Source of the DNA: Thermodesulfobacteriota bacterium
GTDB taxonomy: Bacteria > Desulfobacterota > Binatia > Bin18
Direction: 5' to 3'
Assembly: GCA_964291405.2 (NCBI GenBank)
Contig: OZ219926.1
Location: 4,704,001 to 4,768,000 of the forward strand
DNA: 64,000 nt
This document shows, piece after piece, positions 26,641-37,514 of this stretch (position 1 is the stretch's first letter; each line of letters begins with the position of its first letter). Below the pieces are notes generated by a model. The model did no database searches. It was given only the letters and a program-made list of their open reading frames with translations, and was not told the origin of the DNA. The translations under genes and the position numbers were made by a program.

Positions 26641-27720
26641 ATGCAATTCAGTATTACTGCCCATACCAAAATCGATAACTGGGATCTCTTTCCCTATGTT
26701 GAGAATTTAGGCTTTGACGCGGCCTGGGTGCCGGACTCCCAGATGATCTGGTCGGACTGTTACGCCACCCTGGCGCTGGCCGCTCAGCACACCTCGCGCC
26801 TGCGTATTGGTACCGGGGTCGCTATTCCGGGGACGCGGATTGCCCCGGTGACCGCGCACTCCATTGCCTCGATTAACCGCCTCGCCCCTGGCCGGACCTT
26901 CCTTGGTGTGGGGACCGGTCATACGGCCATGCGGGTTATGGGCATGCAGCCGATGAAGGTCAGAGATTTCCGTGAATACCTGCGCGTGGTCCGCACGCTG
27001 CTGCGCGGGGGAGAGGTCGAGTATAGCCTGAATGGAACGACGCGGACGATCAAATTTCTGCATCAGGACCTGAAATTCATTGATCTGGAACAGCCGATTC
27101 CCATCTATGTTGCGGCCAATGGACCGCTGGCCCTCCGCACCGCGGGAGAATTTGGCGACGGACTGGTGTCCCTGTTTAACGAACAGAGTGAGGTCTTGCA
27201 GGCGAACGTCAGCCGGGTACAGGCCGGGGCCGAGCGAGCCGGGCGCACCTTACCCGAGAATTTTCATACGACAGCCCTGACCACGGCTGTCGTATTGAAA
27301 CCGGGAGAAGACTTAACCTCGGACCGGGTGATCGAAGCGTGTGGCTCCTGGGTCACCTGCGCCCTGCATTTTGTGTATGAAATTTACGAACAAACCGGGG
27401 ATGAGAGTACGGTGCCCGAAGCGTTCCAGGATGTCTGGGAAGAGTATCGTGATCAGGTCGAGAACATGGAAACGCCCCAGGCCAAACGTTACCTTCAGAT
27501 TCATGATGGACACTGCACCTACCATGTCCCCGAGGAGCGCAAATTCATCACGCCGAAAACGATCAAGGGATCGTGCATGGTCGGTGAACCCGCTGAACTG
27601 ATCGGGGCCATCCGCCAGGCCGAGCAGGCCGGGCTCGGAGAGATTTCTCTTTTGCCGCCGCTCAAAACAAGCCGTGAAGTCTACAAGGATTTTGCCGAAC
27701 AGGTGATCGCGAAATATTAG
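26641..27720 (+). CDS. LLM-class flavin-dependent oxidoreductase
   Basis: ENLGFDAAWVPDSQ, TSRLRIGTGV, GRTFLGVGTG, PIYVAANGP..AGEFGDG. Confidence 0.92.
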   Translation: MQFSITAHTKIDNWDLFPYVENLGFDAAWVPDSQMIWSDCYATLALAAQHTSRLRIGTGVAIPGTRIAPVTAHSIASINRLAPGRTFLGVGTGHTAMRVMGMQPMKVRDFREYLRVVRTLLRGGEVEYSLNGTTRTIKFLHQDLKFIDLEQPIPIYVAANGPLALRTAGEFGDGLVSLFNEQSEVLQANVSRVQAGAERAGRTLPENFHTTALTTAVVLKPGEDLTSDRVIEACGSWVTCALHFVYEIYEQTGDESTVPEAFQDVWEEYRDQVENMETPQAKRYLQIHDGHCTYHVPEERKFITPKTIKGSCMVGEPAELIGAIRQAEQAGLGEISLLPPLKTSREVYKDFAEQVIAKY

Positions 27721-27762
27721 GCCGGCTGTGCTATCAAAGAGAGAAAAAGTGAAGGAGCGAAC

Positions 27763-28041
27763 ATGAGTGCGGAATTGATCGGCATCCTGAGTGTGGGTGT
27801 AGCGCTGGCAGCGCTCCTGCTGACAAGTATGAAAAGCGTGCGCGAAGAGTTGCGGAGCGTAGAACAACGCTTGACGGACCGCATACAGCGTATTGAGGGA
27901 CGGATGGACACTTTGGAGAGACGTTTAGAAACCTTTGAACAACGACTGGACACGCTGGAGCAGCGCATGGCGCGCCTGGAAGGAGTCCTGGATGGTCTGC
28001 GTGAAGCCCTGTTCGGACGGACGCGTGAGGCGACTGGGTGA
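27763..28041 (+). CDS. Small membrane-anchored coiled-coil protein
   Basis: TM ELIGILSVGVALAALLL followed by heptad repeats (LERRLET, FEQRLDT, LEQRMAR). Confidence 0.75.
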   Translation: MSAELIGILSVGVALAALLLTSMKSVREELRSVEQRLTDRIQRIEGRMDTLERRLETFEQRLDTLEQRMARLEGVLDGLREALFGRTREATG

Positions 28042-29027
28042 GTGTATTCTCTCCTGTCGTGCTGTTCCTCCTGTCTGTCTTTTCCTCCCAACTGGTGTGG
28101 GCACAAGCCAAGGGTGTGCTGGAGAATCCGGGGCCAGGATCGTATCAGAGCGGTGTCGGGGTGATTTCCGGTTGGGTCTGCGAAGCCGGGAAGATTGAGA
28201 TTATATTCGACGGTAATGCGGCGGATAGATGGCGAGTGGGATATGGCACCCGGCGGACGGATACGCAAAAAGAATGTGGCGATAGCAACAATGGTTTTGG
28301 ACTCTTGTTCAACTGGAATCTGCTCGGTGAGGGAGAGCATACGGTTGTGGCTGAGGTAGATGGTGTAGAGTTTGGTCGGGCTACCGTGACCGTCACCACT
28401 GTGGGGGAAGGGGAGGAGGAAGAGTTTTTACGCGATGTCAGCGGAACGTTTACTCTGCCCGGCTTCCCCGAAGCAGAGACCGCGGTGAAGGTGCAGTGGC
28501 AAGAGGCTCAACAGAATTTCGTCATTGTTGCCCGTGAACTGCGGGATGATGAGGACAGAACCATACCCCTTATCTGCGAGGAAGAGATCGTTATCGAAGA
28601 GGCAAGGATCATCGATGCCGACACGCTCACACTCTGCGAGGAGCGCATACGATTGGTTGGTATCGACGCGCCAGAAACCTGGCCAGAGCAGCAACTCTGC
28701 CTCAACGCGGATGGCATGTGCTACCCGTGTGGCCAAGATGCAACGGATGCGCTCAAGGAGAAGATTGGGGCCGACAACAGGGTCTCCTGCTACCTCGAAC
28801 CCGAATTGGACAGGTACGGTCGGGCACTCGGTGTCTGCTTTAGCAGCGACGGCACGGACCTGAACGGCTGGCTGGTCGCAAACGGACATGCTGTAGCCTA
28901 TTTCTCCAACTCCTATATGCCTCACGAAGAGGTAGCGAGTGTAGAACAGAAGGGTGTCCACGCTGGAGAATTTATTGATCCGAGCGAGTGGCGACGTGGG
29001 GCAAGGCTTGAGGAGTGTGAAGGATAA
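28038..29027 (+). CDS. Secreted 'GVLENP' domain + thermonuclease (SNase-like) fusion
   Basis: Signal peptide; GVLENPGP..SGVGVISGWVC; IIDADTL, IRLVGIDAPE, DRYGRALG, LV.NGHA. Confidence 0.85.
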   Translation: MSVFSPVVLFLLSVFSSQLVWAQAKGVLENPGPGSYQSGVGVISGWVCEAGKIEIIFDGNAADRWRVGYGTRRTDTQKECGDSNNGFGLLFNWNLLGEGEHTVVAEVDGVEFGRATVTVTTVGEGEEEEFLRDVSGTFTLPGFPEAETAVKVQWQEAQQNFVIVARELRDDEDRTIPLICEEEIVIEEARIIDADTLTLCEERIRLVGIDAPETWPEQQLCLNADGMCYPCGQDATDALKEKIGADNRVSCYLEPELDRYGRALGVCFSSDGTDLNGWLVANGHAVAYFSNSYMPHEEVASVEQKGVHAGEFIDPSEWRRGARLEECEG

Positions 29028-29091
29028 AACGCTTCACTCTGCCGCGTGACTTGCATTCAGTCGGTGAGCGAAGCGCAAGCTGTTTCTGCCA

Positions 29092-29176
29092 TGCCGGAGG
29101 CGGGGCTCGAACCCGCACGGGGCAAAGCCCCATGGGATTTTAAGTCCCATGTGTCTACCAGTTCCACCACTCCGGC
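29092..29176 (-). tRNA. tRNA-Leu (anticodon TAA), CCA not encoded
   Basis: GCCGGAGTGGTGGAACTGGTAGACAC-ATGGGA-CTTAAAA-TCCCAT, long variable arm, GGTTCGAGCCC, acceptor CTCCGGCA. Confidence 0.95.
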
Positions 29177-29280
29177 ATGCGGGCAGATTGTAGGCGAAGG
29201 GCTACCATCCCGCAACACTGTGGAGACGGAACCTCCCCCTGGGAGCGCGGGCATCTTGCCCGCAGCCTTCCTCCGCCGGT

Positions 29281-29308
29281 GTAGGGGCAATTCATGAATT
29301 GCCCCTAC
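29281..29308. repeat. GTAG-type REP palindrome
   Basis: GTAGGGGCAATTCATGAATTGCCCCTAC perfect palindrome; adjacent GGGAGCGCGGGCATCTTGCCCGC repeat. Confidence 0.75.
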
Positions 29309-29327
29309 GGAGCACGTGCCGCATAAC

Positions 29328-31400
29328 TTACCCGACTTCCAGCTCCTTGGTTCGACCCAGCGCCTCATCTATGACGCTGGCAGGAACTTTATCGTAGTGA
29401 TCGAACTCCATGGTGTAGGTCGCCCGTCCCTGGGTGAGTGATCGAATGGCTGTGGCATAGCCGAACATTGTCGCCAGCGGGACGTGGGCGGTCACCGTGC
29501 GCTGGCCTCCGGCACGCTCGCCAAGCTCGGTCACCTTGCCGCGGCGTGACTGGAGGTCTCCCATGGCCGTTCCCATATAGTCTTCGGGCACGACCACTTC
29601 GACTTCCATCATGGGTTCCAATAAGACGGGCCTGGCTTTATTCACCGCGGCTTTGAATCCCATGGAGCCCGCCATGTGGAAGGCCAGCTCTGACGAGTCT
29701 ACTTCGTGATAGTTGCCGTCATACAAGGTGACGGTCGTGTTGAGGAGAGGGTAGCCGTAGATGACGCCGTTCTCTGCGGCTTCACGAATGCCTTTTTCGA
29801 CTGAGTTGATATACTCGCGGGGAATGGCGCCGCCTTTAATGGCGTTGACAAAGACCAGGCCTTCGTTGTCATTGGGTTCGATCTTGAGGAAGACATGCCC
29901 AAACTGACCCCGGCCGCCCGTCTGGCGCACATAGCGTCCTTCGGCTTCTGCGCCTCGGGTAATGGTTTCGCGATAGGAGACCTGCGGTGCGCCCGTGTTG
30001 ACTTCGACCTTAAATTCGCGCACCAGCCGGTCCAAAATCACTTCGAGGTGCAGCTCGCCCATGCCGGACAGAATAGTCTGGCCGGTCTCGGCGTTGGTTT
30101 GAATGACCAGGGTGGGGTCCTCCGAGGATAAACGCTGGAGGGCGAGCCCCAGCTTTTCGGAATCGATCTTGGTTTTGGGCTCAATCGCGACCGAGATAAC
30201 CGGCTCCTTGAAGGAAATCGATTCGAGCAAAACGGGATGCTGCTTGACCGCGATGGTGTCGCCGGTCGTGAAGTTCTTTAAGCCCACGACCGCGATGATG
30301 TCTCCAGCCGCGGCACTCTCCAGGTCTTCTTTCTTATTGGCGTGCATGCGGACCAGACGGCCAATGCGCTCGCTCCGTTCGGTGCGTGGGTTAAAAATCG
30401 AAGTCCCGGTCTTTACGTTGCCACTGTACAGCCGGACAAAAGTCAGTTGTCCGGAGTAGGGATCGTGCATGGTTTTGAAAGCCAAGCCGGCCAGGATGTC
30501 ATCCGTGACCTGCCAGGTGCGTTCTTTCCCGGCGAGGGTTTGGCCCGCCACAGGTCGTACCGGCGGCGGGAGATAGTTGACCACGGCATCCAAGAGCGGC
30601 TGGATACCCTTGTTGCGCAGCGCGGTGCCGCACAGGACTGGAAAGACGTCGAGCGACTGCGTCTTGAGGCGGACCGCGGCGGTGACTTCTTCCGGCGTGA
30701 GGGTTTCACCGCCCAGATATTTCTCCAATAAGGTGTCGTCGGCATCGGCCACGCTTTCAACCAGCAATTCGGAGAATTTCGCCGCCTCCGCTTGGAGCTC
30801 TGGCGGAATTTCCTCTTCGTGAAACCGCGCTCCAAGCGTATCTTCCTCCCAGACGAGGGCCTTGTGCTGAATCAGATCGACCACGCCCGTCATGGCATCT
30901 TCTGCGCCGATCGGCAGTTGGAGAATCAGCGGGCGCGCGCCCAACCGATTCTTGATCTGATCGACCACACCATGAAAGTCCGCACCGACGCGGTCCAGTT
31001 TGTTGATAAAGACAATGCGAGGCACGCCGTATTTGTCCGCTTGCCGCCACACGGTCTCCGACTGTGGTTCGACTCCGCCAACCCCGCAGAAGACGACAAT
31101 GGCACCGTCCAACACGCGTAGGCTGCGCTCCACCTCGGTGGTAAAATCCACATGGCCGGGCGTATCAATGATATTGATCTGATGATCACCCCAGTCACAG
31201 GTAATGGCCGCCGCCGTAATCGTGATACCCCGCTCTCGTTCCTGGGGCATCCAGTCGGTGACCGCCGTCCCTTCGTGCACTTCACCGATTTTGTGCGAGA
31301 GACCTGTATAGTACAGGACGCGTTCGCTCACGGTGGTCTTGCCGCTATCAACGTGGGCAACGATGCCGATGTTTCGAGTTTTTTCCAATGTGGTGGACAT
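29328..31400 (-). CDS. fusA: Elongation factor G (stand-alone copy)
   Basis: [48 protein letters not shown]; not in an rpsL-rpsG-tuf operon. Confidence 0.95.
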   Translation of the reverse strand: MSTTLEKTRNIGIVAHVDSGKTTVSERVLYYTGLSHKIGEVHEGTAVTDWMPQERERGITITAAAITCDWGDHQINIIDTPGHVDFTTEVERSLRVLDGAIVVFCGVGGVEPQSETVWRQADKYGVPRIVFINKLDRVGADFHGVVDQIKNRLGARPLILQLPIGAEDAMTGVVDLIQHKALVWEEDTLGARFHEEEIPPELQAEAAKFSELLVESVADADDTLLEKYLGGETLTPEEVTAAVRLKTQSLDVFPVLCGTALRNKGIQPLLDAVVNYLPPPVRPVAGQTLAGKERTWQVTDDILAGLAFKTMHDPYSGQLTFVRLYSGNVKTGTSIFNPRTERSERIGRLVRMHANKKEDLESAAAGDIIAVVGLKNFTTGDTIAVKQHPVLLESISFKEPVISVAIEPKTKIDSEKLGLALQRLSSEDPTLVIQTNAETGQTILSGMGELHLEVILDRLVREFKVEVNTGAPQVSYRETITRGAEAEGRYVRQTGGRGQFGHVFLKIEPNDNEGLVFVNAIKGGAIPREYINSVEKGIREAAENGVIYGYPLLNTTVTLYDGNYHEVDSSELAFHMAGSMGFKAAVNKARPVLLEPMMEVEVVVPEDYMGTAMGDLQSRRGKVTELGERAGGQRTVTAHVPLATMFGYATAIRSLTQGRATYTMEFDHYDKVPASVIDEALGRTKELEVG

Positions 31401-31655
31401 ATGCTTCTCCCGACTCGGTGCACTGCCCCGAGAAGTCCGCGCGATTCAACACAAAAATGTAACGTTCGGTTAGAGGGAAGGACTGGCGTGTGAGCACGAC
31501 CTGTGTTGGTGAAAAACCATAACGAACACTACGAATAACTGAGTGTTTTCATTACCATACACAAAACACTGGGGCATGCCAAGCCAAAAGACCGGCCTGG
31601 AGTGGCACCTAGGTGACAAAATAGCGAGAAACAAAGACGGCTCTACGCGGTGACT

Positions 31656-32855
31656 CTAGGCTCGATATTTTTTCAGGAGGTTACGGGCGATCACCAGTTT
31701 CTGAATTTCGCTCGTGCCTTCTCCAATAATCATGAGGGGTGCGTCCCGGTAAAAACGTTCGACCGGAAACTCCTGGGTGTAGCCATACCCGCCCAGCACA
31801 CGCATCGCTTCCAGGGCGACTTCTTCACACGCTTCGGACGCAAACAGCTTGGCCATCCCGGCTTCCAGGTCGCATCGCTCCCCGTTGTCTTTCTTCTCGG
31901 CCGCCTGCCGAACCAGTAGGCGGGAGGCCTCGATCTTGGTGGCCATATCGGCCAGTTTGAGCTGAATGGCCTGGTGTTCACAGATGGGCTTGCCGAAGGT
32001 TTCGCGCTGCTGGGAATAGCGAATGGCTTCCTCAAAGGCGGCCTGGGCCACGCCGACCGCCCGGGCCGCCACATTGATCCGACCCACTTCCAAACCGCCC
32101 ATGACTTGCTTGAACCCCAGGCCCTCTTCACCACCGATCAGGGAGGCGGCTGGCGTCGGAAAGTCCTCAAAGGCGAGTTCACATGTATCCAGACCTTTAT
32201 AGCCCAGCTTCTTGATATCCCGGCTGACCGTCAGTCCCGGAGCGCCTTTCTCGGCAGCGAACAGGCTGATGCCGGCATAGGCGGGCTCGGCATCGGGGTT
32301 GGTCTTGGCGGCGACGGCCAGAATATTGCCGTGCCGCGCATTGGTAATAAACATTTTTGAGCCGTTGATCAGATAGCCGTCGCCCTGCTTCTTGGCCGTG
32401 GTCCGAATGCGCTGTACATCACTCCCGGCATGCGGCTCGGTCAGGGCGAGGCCACCGCGTTTCTCGCCGGTAGCCATGGCCGGGAGGAGTCGTTGTTTTT
32501 GTTCCTCCGTGCCGAACAGCGCCAGAATGTGGGCGAATAGCAGGTGGGAGTTCAGGACACCGGTCAGGCTCATCCAGCCGCGACAGATTTCTTCAATAAT
32601 CATGGCATAGGTCGTAAAGGACAAGCCCATACCACCGTACTCGGTCGGGATAATCGCGCCGAACAAACCCAGCTCTTTCATCCGCTCGACCAAGGCGTGG
32701 GGGTATTCGTCGCGATGCTCCATTTCACTGGCGACCGGCTTGACCTCACGCTCTACGAAACGGTTGAGCGTGGACAGGATTTGTTGTTGTTCCGGGTCGA
32801 GCTCGGGCATGATGGGCATCCTTTCTGCCTGGGGCTGTAACGGACTGGTGCTCAT
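31656..32855 (-). CDS. Acyl-CoA dehydrogenase
   Basis: LTEPHAGSD, GSKMFITN, R.TFGKPI..HQ, GGYGY, IGEGTSEIQ; start may be 32810-32855. Confidence 0.93.
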   Translation of the reverse strand: MSTSPLQPQAERMPIMPELDPEQQQILSTLNRFVEREVKPVASEMEHRDEYPHALVERMKELGLFGAIIPTEYGGMGLSFTTYAMIIEEICRGWMSLTGVLNSHLLFAHILALFGTEEQKQRLLPAMATGEKRGGLALTEPHAGSDVQRIRTTAKKQGDGYLINGSKMFITNARHGNILAVAAKTNPDAEPAYAGISLFAAEKGAPGLTVSRDIKKLGYKGLDTCELAFEDFPTPAASLIGGEEGLGFKQVMGGLEVGRINVAARAVGVAQAAFEEAIRYSQQRETFGKPICEHQAIQLKLADMATKIEASRLLVRQAAEKKDNGERCDLEAGMAKLFASEACEEVALEAMRVLGGYGYTQEFPVERFYRDAPLMIIGEGTSEIQKLVIARNLLKKYRA

Positions 32856-32988
32856 TCTCCAGCTTTATGACCTGAGATCAAGGGAGAGCCCGTGCGCCCG
32901 TCGGACTGGCTGGATCGGGAGAAAGCAGATAAGAAAAGAAAACGACCCTGCCCTTGGTCGCAGACACCCGGTCGCGAAGAAGAACAGT

Positions 32989-35508
32989 ATGGCTCTCACC
33001 CCCCTGATGCAGCAATATTTGTCGGTGAAGCAACAGCATCAGGACGCGATTGTGCTGTGCCGCCTGGGAGACTTCTACGAGATATTTTTTGATGATGCGC
33101 CGCTGGTCGCGAACCTGCTCGATCTCACCCTGACCGCCCGCGACGGCGGAGACGGCAAGATCCCGATGTGCGGCGTCCCCTACCATGCCGTCCAGGGCTA
33201 TATCGCCCGGCTGGTCAAGGCCGGAAAAAAAATTGCCCTGTATGACCAAGTCGAAGACCCGAAAACGGCCAAGGGTCTGGTCAAACGCGCAGTCACGCGG
33301 GTGATTACCCCTTCCACGTATGTCGAAAACGAGACCGACGCGGCAAGTCCGACCTTGCTGGGGATGTTTGCCAGTGGACGACAGTGGGGGCTGGCGCTGC
33401 TCGAACCAACGACCGGAGCGTTCCAATTCTGGAATGAGACGGAATCTTCCCTGGCTGACGCGCTCGCTCATCTCGCGCCGCGCGAGATTGTTATCGCCAA
33501 GGGTATGGCCGGACATCCCGCCCTGGCCGCGCATAGAAGCAGTCAAGCCGAGGTGAGCCTGACCACGCTGGAAGACTGGCTGGCTGCCTTCGATGACAGC
33601 GTGGAGTGCATCCAGTCCTTTTTTGGGCTGGACTCTTTGCGCGCCTTGGAATTGGACTCGGAAACCACCGTCGCCGTCGCCCTGGTGCTCCGTTTTCTCC
33701 AGCAGCATATGCAGGTCAGCCTGCCGCATATTGGCCTGCCAAAACGGCTCCACACGGGCGAAACCATGCTGCTGGGTCCGGTCGTCGAGCGTAGCCTGGA
33801 GATCTTTCGTCCGGCGAACCCCGACATCCGCGGCAAGGCGTTGATCGACGTATTGGACGCCACGGTCACGCCTATGGGCAAGCGACTGTTACAGCACTGG
33901 CTGAGGAACCCGCTCTTGTCCGTAGCTGCCATTGAAGCCCGGCATGCCGGCGTGGCAGAGTTCGCCAACGCGCCCGCCGTACTGGAAGCGGTGCGCGGCA
34001 CGCTCGCTCCCATTCGCGATCTGGAACGCCTGGCGGCCCGTTTCAGTTGTCGAGTGGCGAATCCCAAAGACTGCGCGGCTCTGCGTGACTCGTTGGCACA
34101 AATCCCCGGCGTAAGTCGAGCGCTGGAAACGGTTCAGAGTTCGTTGTTGCGGCAACAGTGTGAACAACTGCAAACCGACCTCGGTCTCTTGCCGGACACC
34201 CTGGCGCGCGCCTTGGTCGAGGTGCCACCCGTTCACCTCCGGGAGGGCGGTGTCTTTGCACCAGGCTACCATGCGGAGCTGGATCGCTTACAGGTCATTG
34301 CCTCGGATGCCAAGCAATGGCTGGCAGCGCTTCAGGCTCGGGAAAGTAAACGTACAGGCATTCCCTCGCTCAGAGTCGGGTATAATCGGGTCTTTGGGTA
34401 TTATCTGGAAGTCTCCAAGACCCACCTCAATAAGGTTCCTGACGCGTATACGCGGAAACAAACCCTTGCCAATGCGGAGCGATTCGTGACGCCTGAGCTG
34501 AAAGAGTACGAGGACCAGATTCTCAACGCCCAGGACCGCTCGGTCGCCCTGGAGCAGGAACTCTTTGCCGAATTATGCGAGCTGGTCCTCCAGTATATGA
34601 TGCAGATTCAAGCGCTTGCGCGGGCGTGTGCCCACCTCGACGTTTTGGCCGGCTTTGCCTGGGTGGCGATCGATCAGCATTACGTTCGGCCTGAAATGTC
34701 AGAGGCAGCCGAACTGTCGATCGTTGGCGGACGGCATCCGGTCGTCGAGTCGCTGCTGGGACGGAGTGCCTTTGTCGAGAACGATGTGCAGCTCAATCGC
34801 TCGGATCACCAGTTCCTGCTGTTGACCGCCCCCAATATGAGCGGCAAATCCGTGTATCTGCGCCAAGCCGCGCTGATTGTGCTGCTGGCCCAGGTCGGTT
34901 CGTTTGTCCCGGCCACGCGTGCCCGGATTGGTATTGTGGATCGAATTTTTACCCGTATCGGAGCCTCCGATAATCTGGCCCTGGGGGAAAGCACGTTTGC
35001 CGTAGAAATGATTGAAACCGCCCAGATTCTGAACACGACTACCGAACGGAGCCTGCTGCTGCTGGACGAGATCGGACGTGGGACCTCGACGGCGGATGGC
35101 CTGTCCATTGCCAGGGCGATAATCGAATTCCTGGTTGATGACGACGGGCCACGGCCCCGCACCCTGTTTGCCACGCATTTCCACGAACTCACCGACTTGC
35201 AACGGCTGCTGCCAGGCTTGGTGAATTACACTTTTGCCGTGCGTGAATGGCGGGATGAGGTTGTTTTTCTGTACAAGGTCATCGACGGGGCCTCAGACCA
35301 ATCGTATGGCATCCATGTGGCCAAGCTGGCCGGCCTACCGCGGGTGGTGACGGAACGGGCGGAAGAGATTCTCAAGGATCTCGAAGGGTCGGCGGAGTTG
35401 GTTCGACCGGCCAAAAGACGTTCGCGGGGCAGGGCAACCAAAGCCCCGACCACGGTCAAAGAAGCGTCTGCTCAACTCGGCCTCTTTGGGCGTGCAGGTG
35501 AGTCGTAG
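32989..35508 (+). CDS. mutS: DNA mismatch repair protein MutS
   Basis: LTPLMQQY, GDFYEIF, PNMSGKS, DRIFTRIGASD, STF.VEM, DEIGRGT, FATHFHEL, SYGIHVA. Confidence 0.97.
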   Translation: MALTPLMQQYLSVKQQHQDAIVLCRLGDFYEIFFDDAPLVANLLDLTLTARDGGDGKIPMCGVPYHAVQGYIARLVKAGKKIALYDQVEDPKTAKGLVKRAVTRVITPSTYVENETDAASPTLLGMFASGRQWGLALLEPTTGAFQFWNETESSLADALAHLAPREIVIAKGMAGHPALAAHRSSQAEVSLTTLEDWLAAFDDSVECIQSFFGLDSLRALELDSETTVAVALVLRFLQQHMQVSLPHIGLPKRLHTGETMLLGPVVERSLEIFRPANPDIRGKALIDVLDATVTPMGKRLLQHWLRNPLLSVAAIEARHAGVAEFANAPAVLEAVRGTLAPIRDLERLAARFSCRVANPKDCAALRDSLAQIPGVSRALETVQSSLLRQQCEQLQTDLGLLPDTLARALVEVPPVHLREGGVFAPGYHAELDRLQVIASDAKQWLAALQARESKRTGIPSLRVGYNRVFGYYLEVSKTHLNKVPDAYTRKQTLANAERFVTPELKEYEDQILNAQDRSVALEQELFAELCELVLQYMMQIQALARACAHLDVLAGFAWVAIDQHYVRPEMSEAAELSIVGGRHPVVESLLGRSAFVENDVQLNRSDHQFLLLTAPNMSGKSVYLRQAALIVLLAQVGSFVPATRARIGIVDRIFTRIGASDNLALGESTFAVEMIETAQILNTTTERSLLLLDEIGRGTSTADGLSIARAIIEFLVDDDGPRPRTLFATHFHELTDLQRLLPGLVNYTFAVREWRDEVVFLYKVIDGASDQSYGIHVAKLAGLPRVVTERAEEILKDLEGSAELVRPAKRRSRGRATKAPTTVKEASAQLGLFGRAGES

Positions 35509-35509
35509 T

Positions 35510-37405
35510 ATGGACCGTATTCGCCTTCTGGATTCGCATACGATTGAGCAGCTCCGTGCGGGCGAAGTGATTGAGCGTCCCGCCTCGATTGTCAAGGAGC
35601 TGGTCGAGAACGCGATTGACGCCGGCGCGCGATCAATCAACGTGTCGATTACCAAAGGTGGGATTGACGAAATCGTTGTCCAGGACGACGGGGTCGGCCT
35701 GACGCCGGAGGATGCGCCGCTCGCCTTCCAGCGTCACGCGACCAGTAAAATACAGTCCAGCAATGATCTCTTTCTCCTCACCACCTTAGGCTTTCGCGGC
35801 GAGGCGCTGGCCAGCATTGCCGCTGTGACACAGGTCGAATTGCTCTCCCGGACAGCGGAGGCCATCGAAGGGGTACGTGTCCGGGCGGGGGGCAGTGCGC
35901 CGATAGAGACGACCCCTGCCGGCTGTCCGCAGGGAACGACGGTGACCACGCGGCATTTGTTTTTTAATACCCCACCGCGGCGGGCCTTCCTCAAATCTCC
36001 GACTGCCGAAGGTCATCAGGTGCATGAGGTCTTGATCGCCCTGGCGTTATCGCGTCCGTCCGTTCACTTTCGCTTTCAGTCAGACGGGCGCGAGGTGTTT
36101 CATGCGCCTCCCCAAGATGAGTTGGCCCTGCGCGCGCGTGCGGTTGTAGGCAAGGAATGGGCTCAGGAGTTCCTGGTGCTCCCGAGTGCGGAAGCACGCC
36201 TGACCGAGGAGGGCGTTGGGGTGACCGGTCTCATCAGTCCGCCCAGTCGCACCCGCAATACCCGGACCGGACAATACTTCTTCGTGAATGAGCGGCCGGT
36301 GAAAAGCCAGCCAGTATCCTCTGCCCTGAGTCGCGGCTACGGAGAGCTCCTGCCCGCGGGCCGTTTTCCGTTGGGCATCCTCTTTCTGACTGTTCCGACT
36401 GACCAGGTTGACGTCAACGTTCACCCCACAAAGCGCGAAGTGAAATTTCAAGCGGAACGCGAGCTTCTCCAGATGGTCGTCCAAAGCGTCAGAAAGACGC
36501 TTGATCGGGCCAATCTGTTCAAAACAATCGAGCTTCCGGCCTCTGCTCTGCCAGGCGACAATCAACAAGCTGACAGCCGAACCGAGGATTGGTCCCGCAC
36601 CGAGAATCAGGCGCGGACCGAGAGTCGGGCCCTGGACAGCTCGGTCCCGATACCCGACCCGGCCGATTACCCAAGACCCCAAAGACGCCGCAAGGCCACC
36701 GGTGCGTATGGAGCCCGGTCTGAGCCCGGCCTACGCCTGCTGGACAAGCCGCTGGTCCGCGAATCGGAGGCCGCCCCGCCGAGCCCAGTCCCCTCACAAG
36801 CGACCTTGTGGCAACGGCCTGACGGGACCGCATTCCGGGTCGTTGGCCAGAGCCATGAGTTATTTGTCCTGGTTGAAGTGGAAGGCGAACTCTGGATTGT
36901 GGATCAGCACGCGGCGCATGAGCGTATCATGTACGAGCAGGTGCTCGACAGCCTGCAACACAAACACGACGCGACGCAGCCGTTGCTGATACCCGTAACT
37001 TTTGAGTTATCGCCCGCTGCGTGCAGTGCCCTGGAAGAACTGCACGATTATCTCGTCCAGATCGGCTTTGACATTCAGCCCTTTGGGGGGAACACGTTTC
37101 AGGTGCAGGCGACGCCGGCGTATTTTCGGCCGGCCGACACGCCGGCGCTGTTAAGTGAACTGGCCGAAGCCCGGGCCGAAGGGCAGTCGGATAACTCCAT
37201 TGAGGCCAAACAGGAGGATCTGGCGGCGCGTATCGCCTGTAAGGTAAAATCGATTAAAGCCGGTCAAACGCTGACCGAAGAGGCCATGCACGCCCTGGTG
37301 AAAACCCTGCTGGATTGTACCTCGCCGTTTACCTGTCCGCACGGCCGGCCAACCATGGTCCGCTATGCGGTACGTCAGCTCGAACGCCAGTTTGACCGGC
37401 GCTGA
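35510..37405 (+). CDS. mutL: DNA mismatch repair protein MutL
   Basis: GEVIERP, HATSK, GFRGEAL, DVNVHPTK, endonuclease motifs DQHAAHER and CPHGRP. Confidence 0.97.
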   Translation: MDRIRLLDSHTIEQLRAGEVIERPASIVKELVENAIDAGARSINVSITKGGIDEIVVQDDGVGLTPEDAPLAFQRHATSKIQSSNDLFLLTTLGFRGEALASIAAVTQVELLSRTAEAIEGVRVRAGGSAPIETTPAGCPQGTTVTTRHLFFNTPPRRAFLKSPTAEGHQVHEVLIALALSRPSVHFRFQSDGREVFHAPPQDELALRARAVVGKEWAQEFLVLPSAEARLTEEGVGVTGLISPPSRTRNTRTGQYFFVNERPVKSQPVSSALSRGYGELLPAGRFPLGILFLTVPTDQVDVNVHPTKREVKFQAERELLQMVVQSVRKTLDRANLFKTIELPASALPGDNQQADSRTEDWSRTENQARTESRALDSSVPIPDPADYPRPQRRRKATGAYGARSEPGLRLLDKPLVRESEAAPPSPVPSQATLWQRPDGTAFRVVGQSHELFVLVEVEGELWIVDQHAAHERIMYEQVLDSLQHKHDATQPLLIPVTFELSPAACSALEELHDYLVQIGFDIQPFGGNTFQVQATPAYFRPADTPALLSELAEARAEGQSDNSIEAKQEDLAARIACKVKSIKAGQTLTEEAMHALVKTLLDCTSPFTCPHGRPTMVRYAVRQLERQFDRR

Positions 37406-37514
37406 AGGCCGGCTGCCGAGACCCGTCCCTTTCTCTCCTGGTTGTCTTCAGCGCTCGATCCGATTATGGTTGCAATATGGTTCCGTTTTGAATCTTTCCG
37501 GGAGAGTGGAAAAG

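Noticed and set aside
12660-29176. tRNA-Leu-anchored integrative element or prophage
   Set aside because: No integrase, no duplicated tRNA 3' end noticed, no virion genes
32740-32988. N-terminal extension of MutS, and the analogous extension of the hydrolase ORF to 63999
   Set aside because: They overlap divergent genes (acyl-CoA dehydrogenase, hemE); family homology starts at 32989 and 63693
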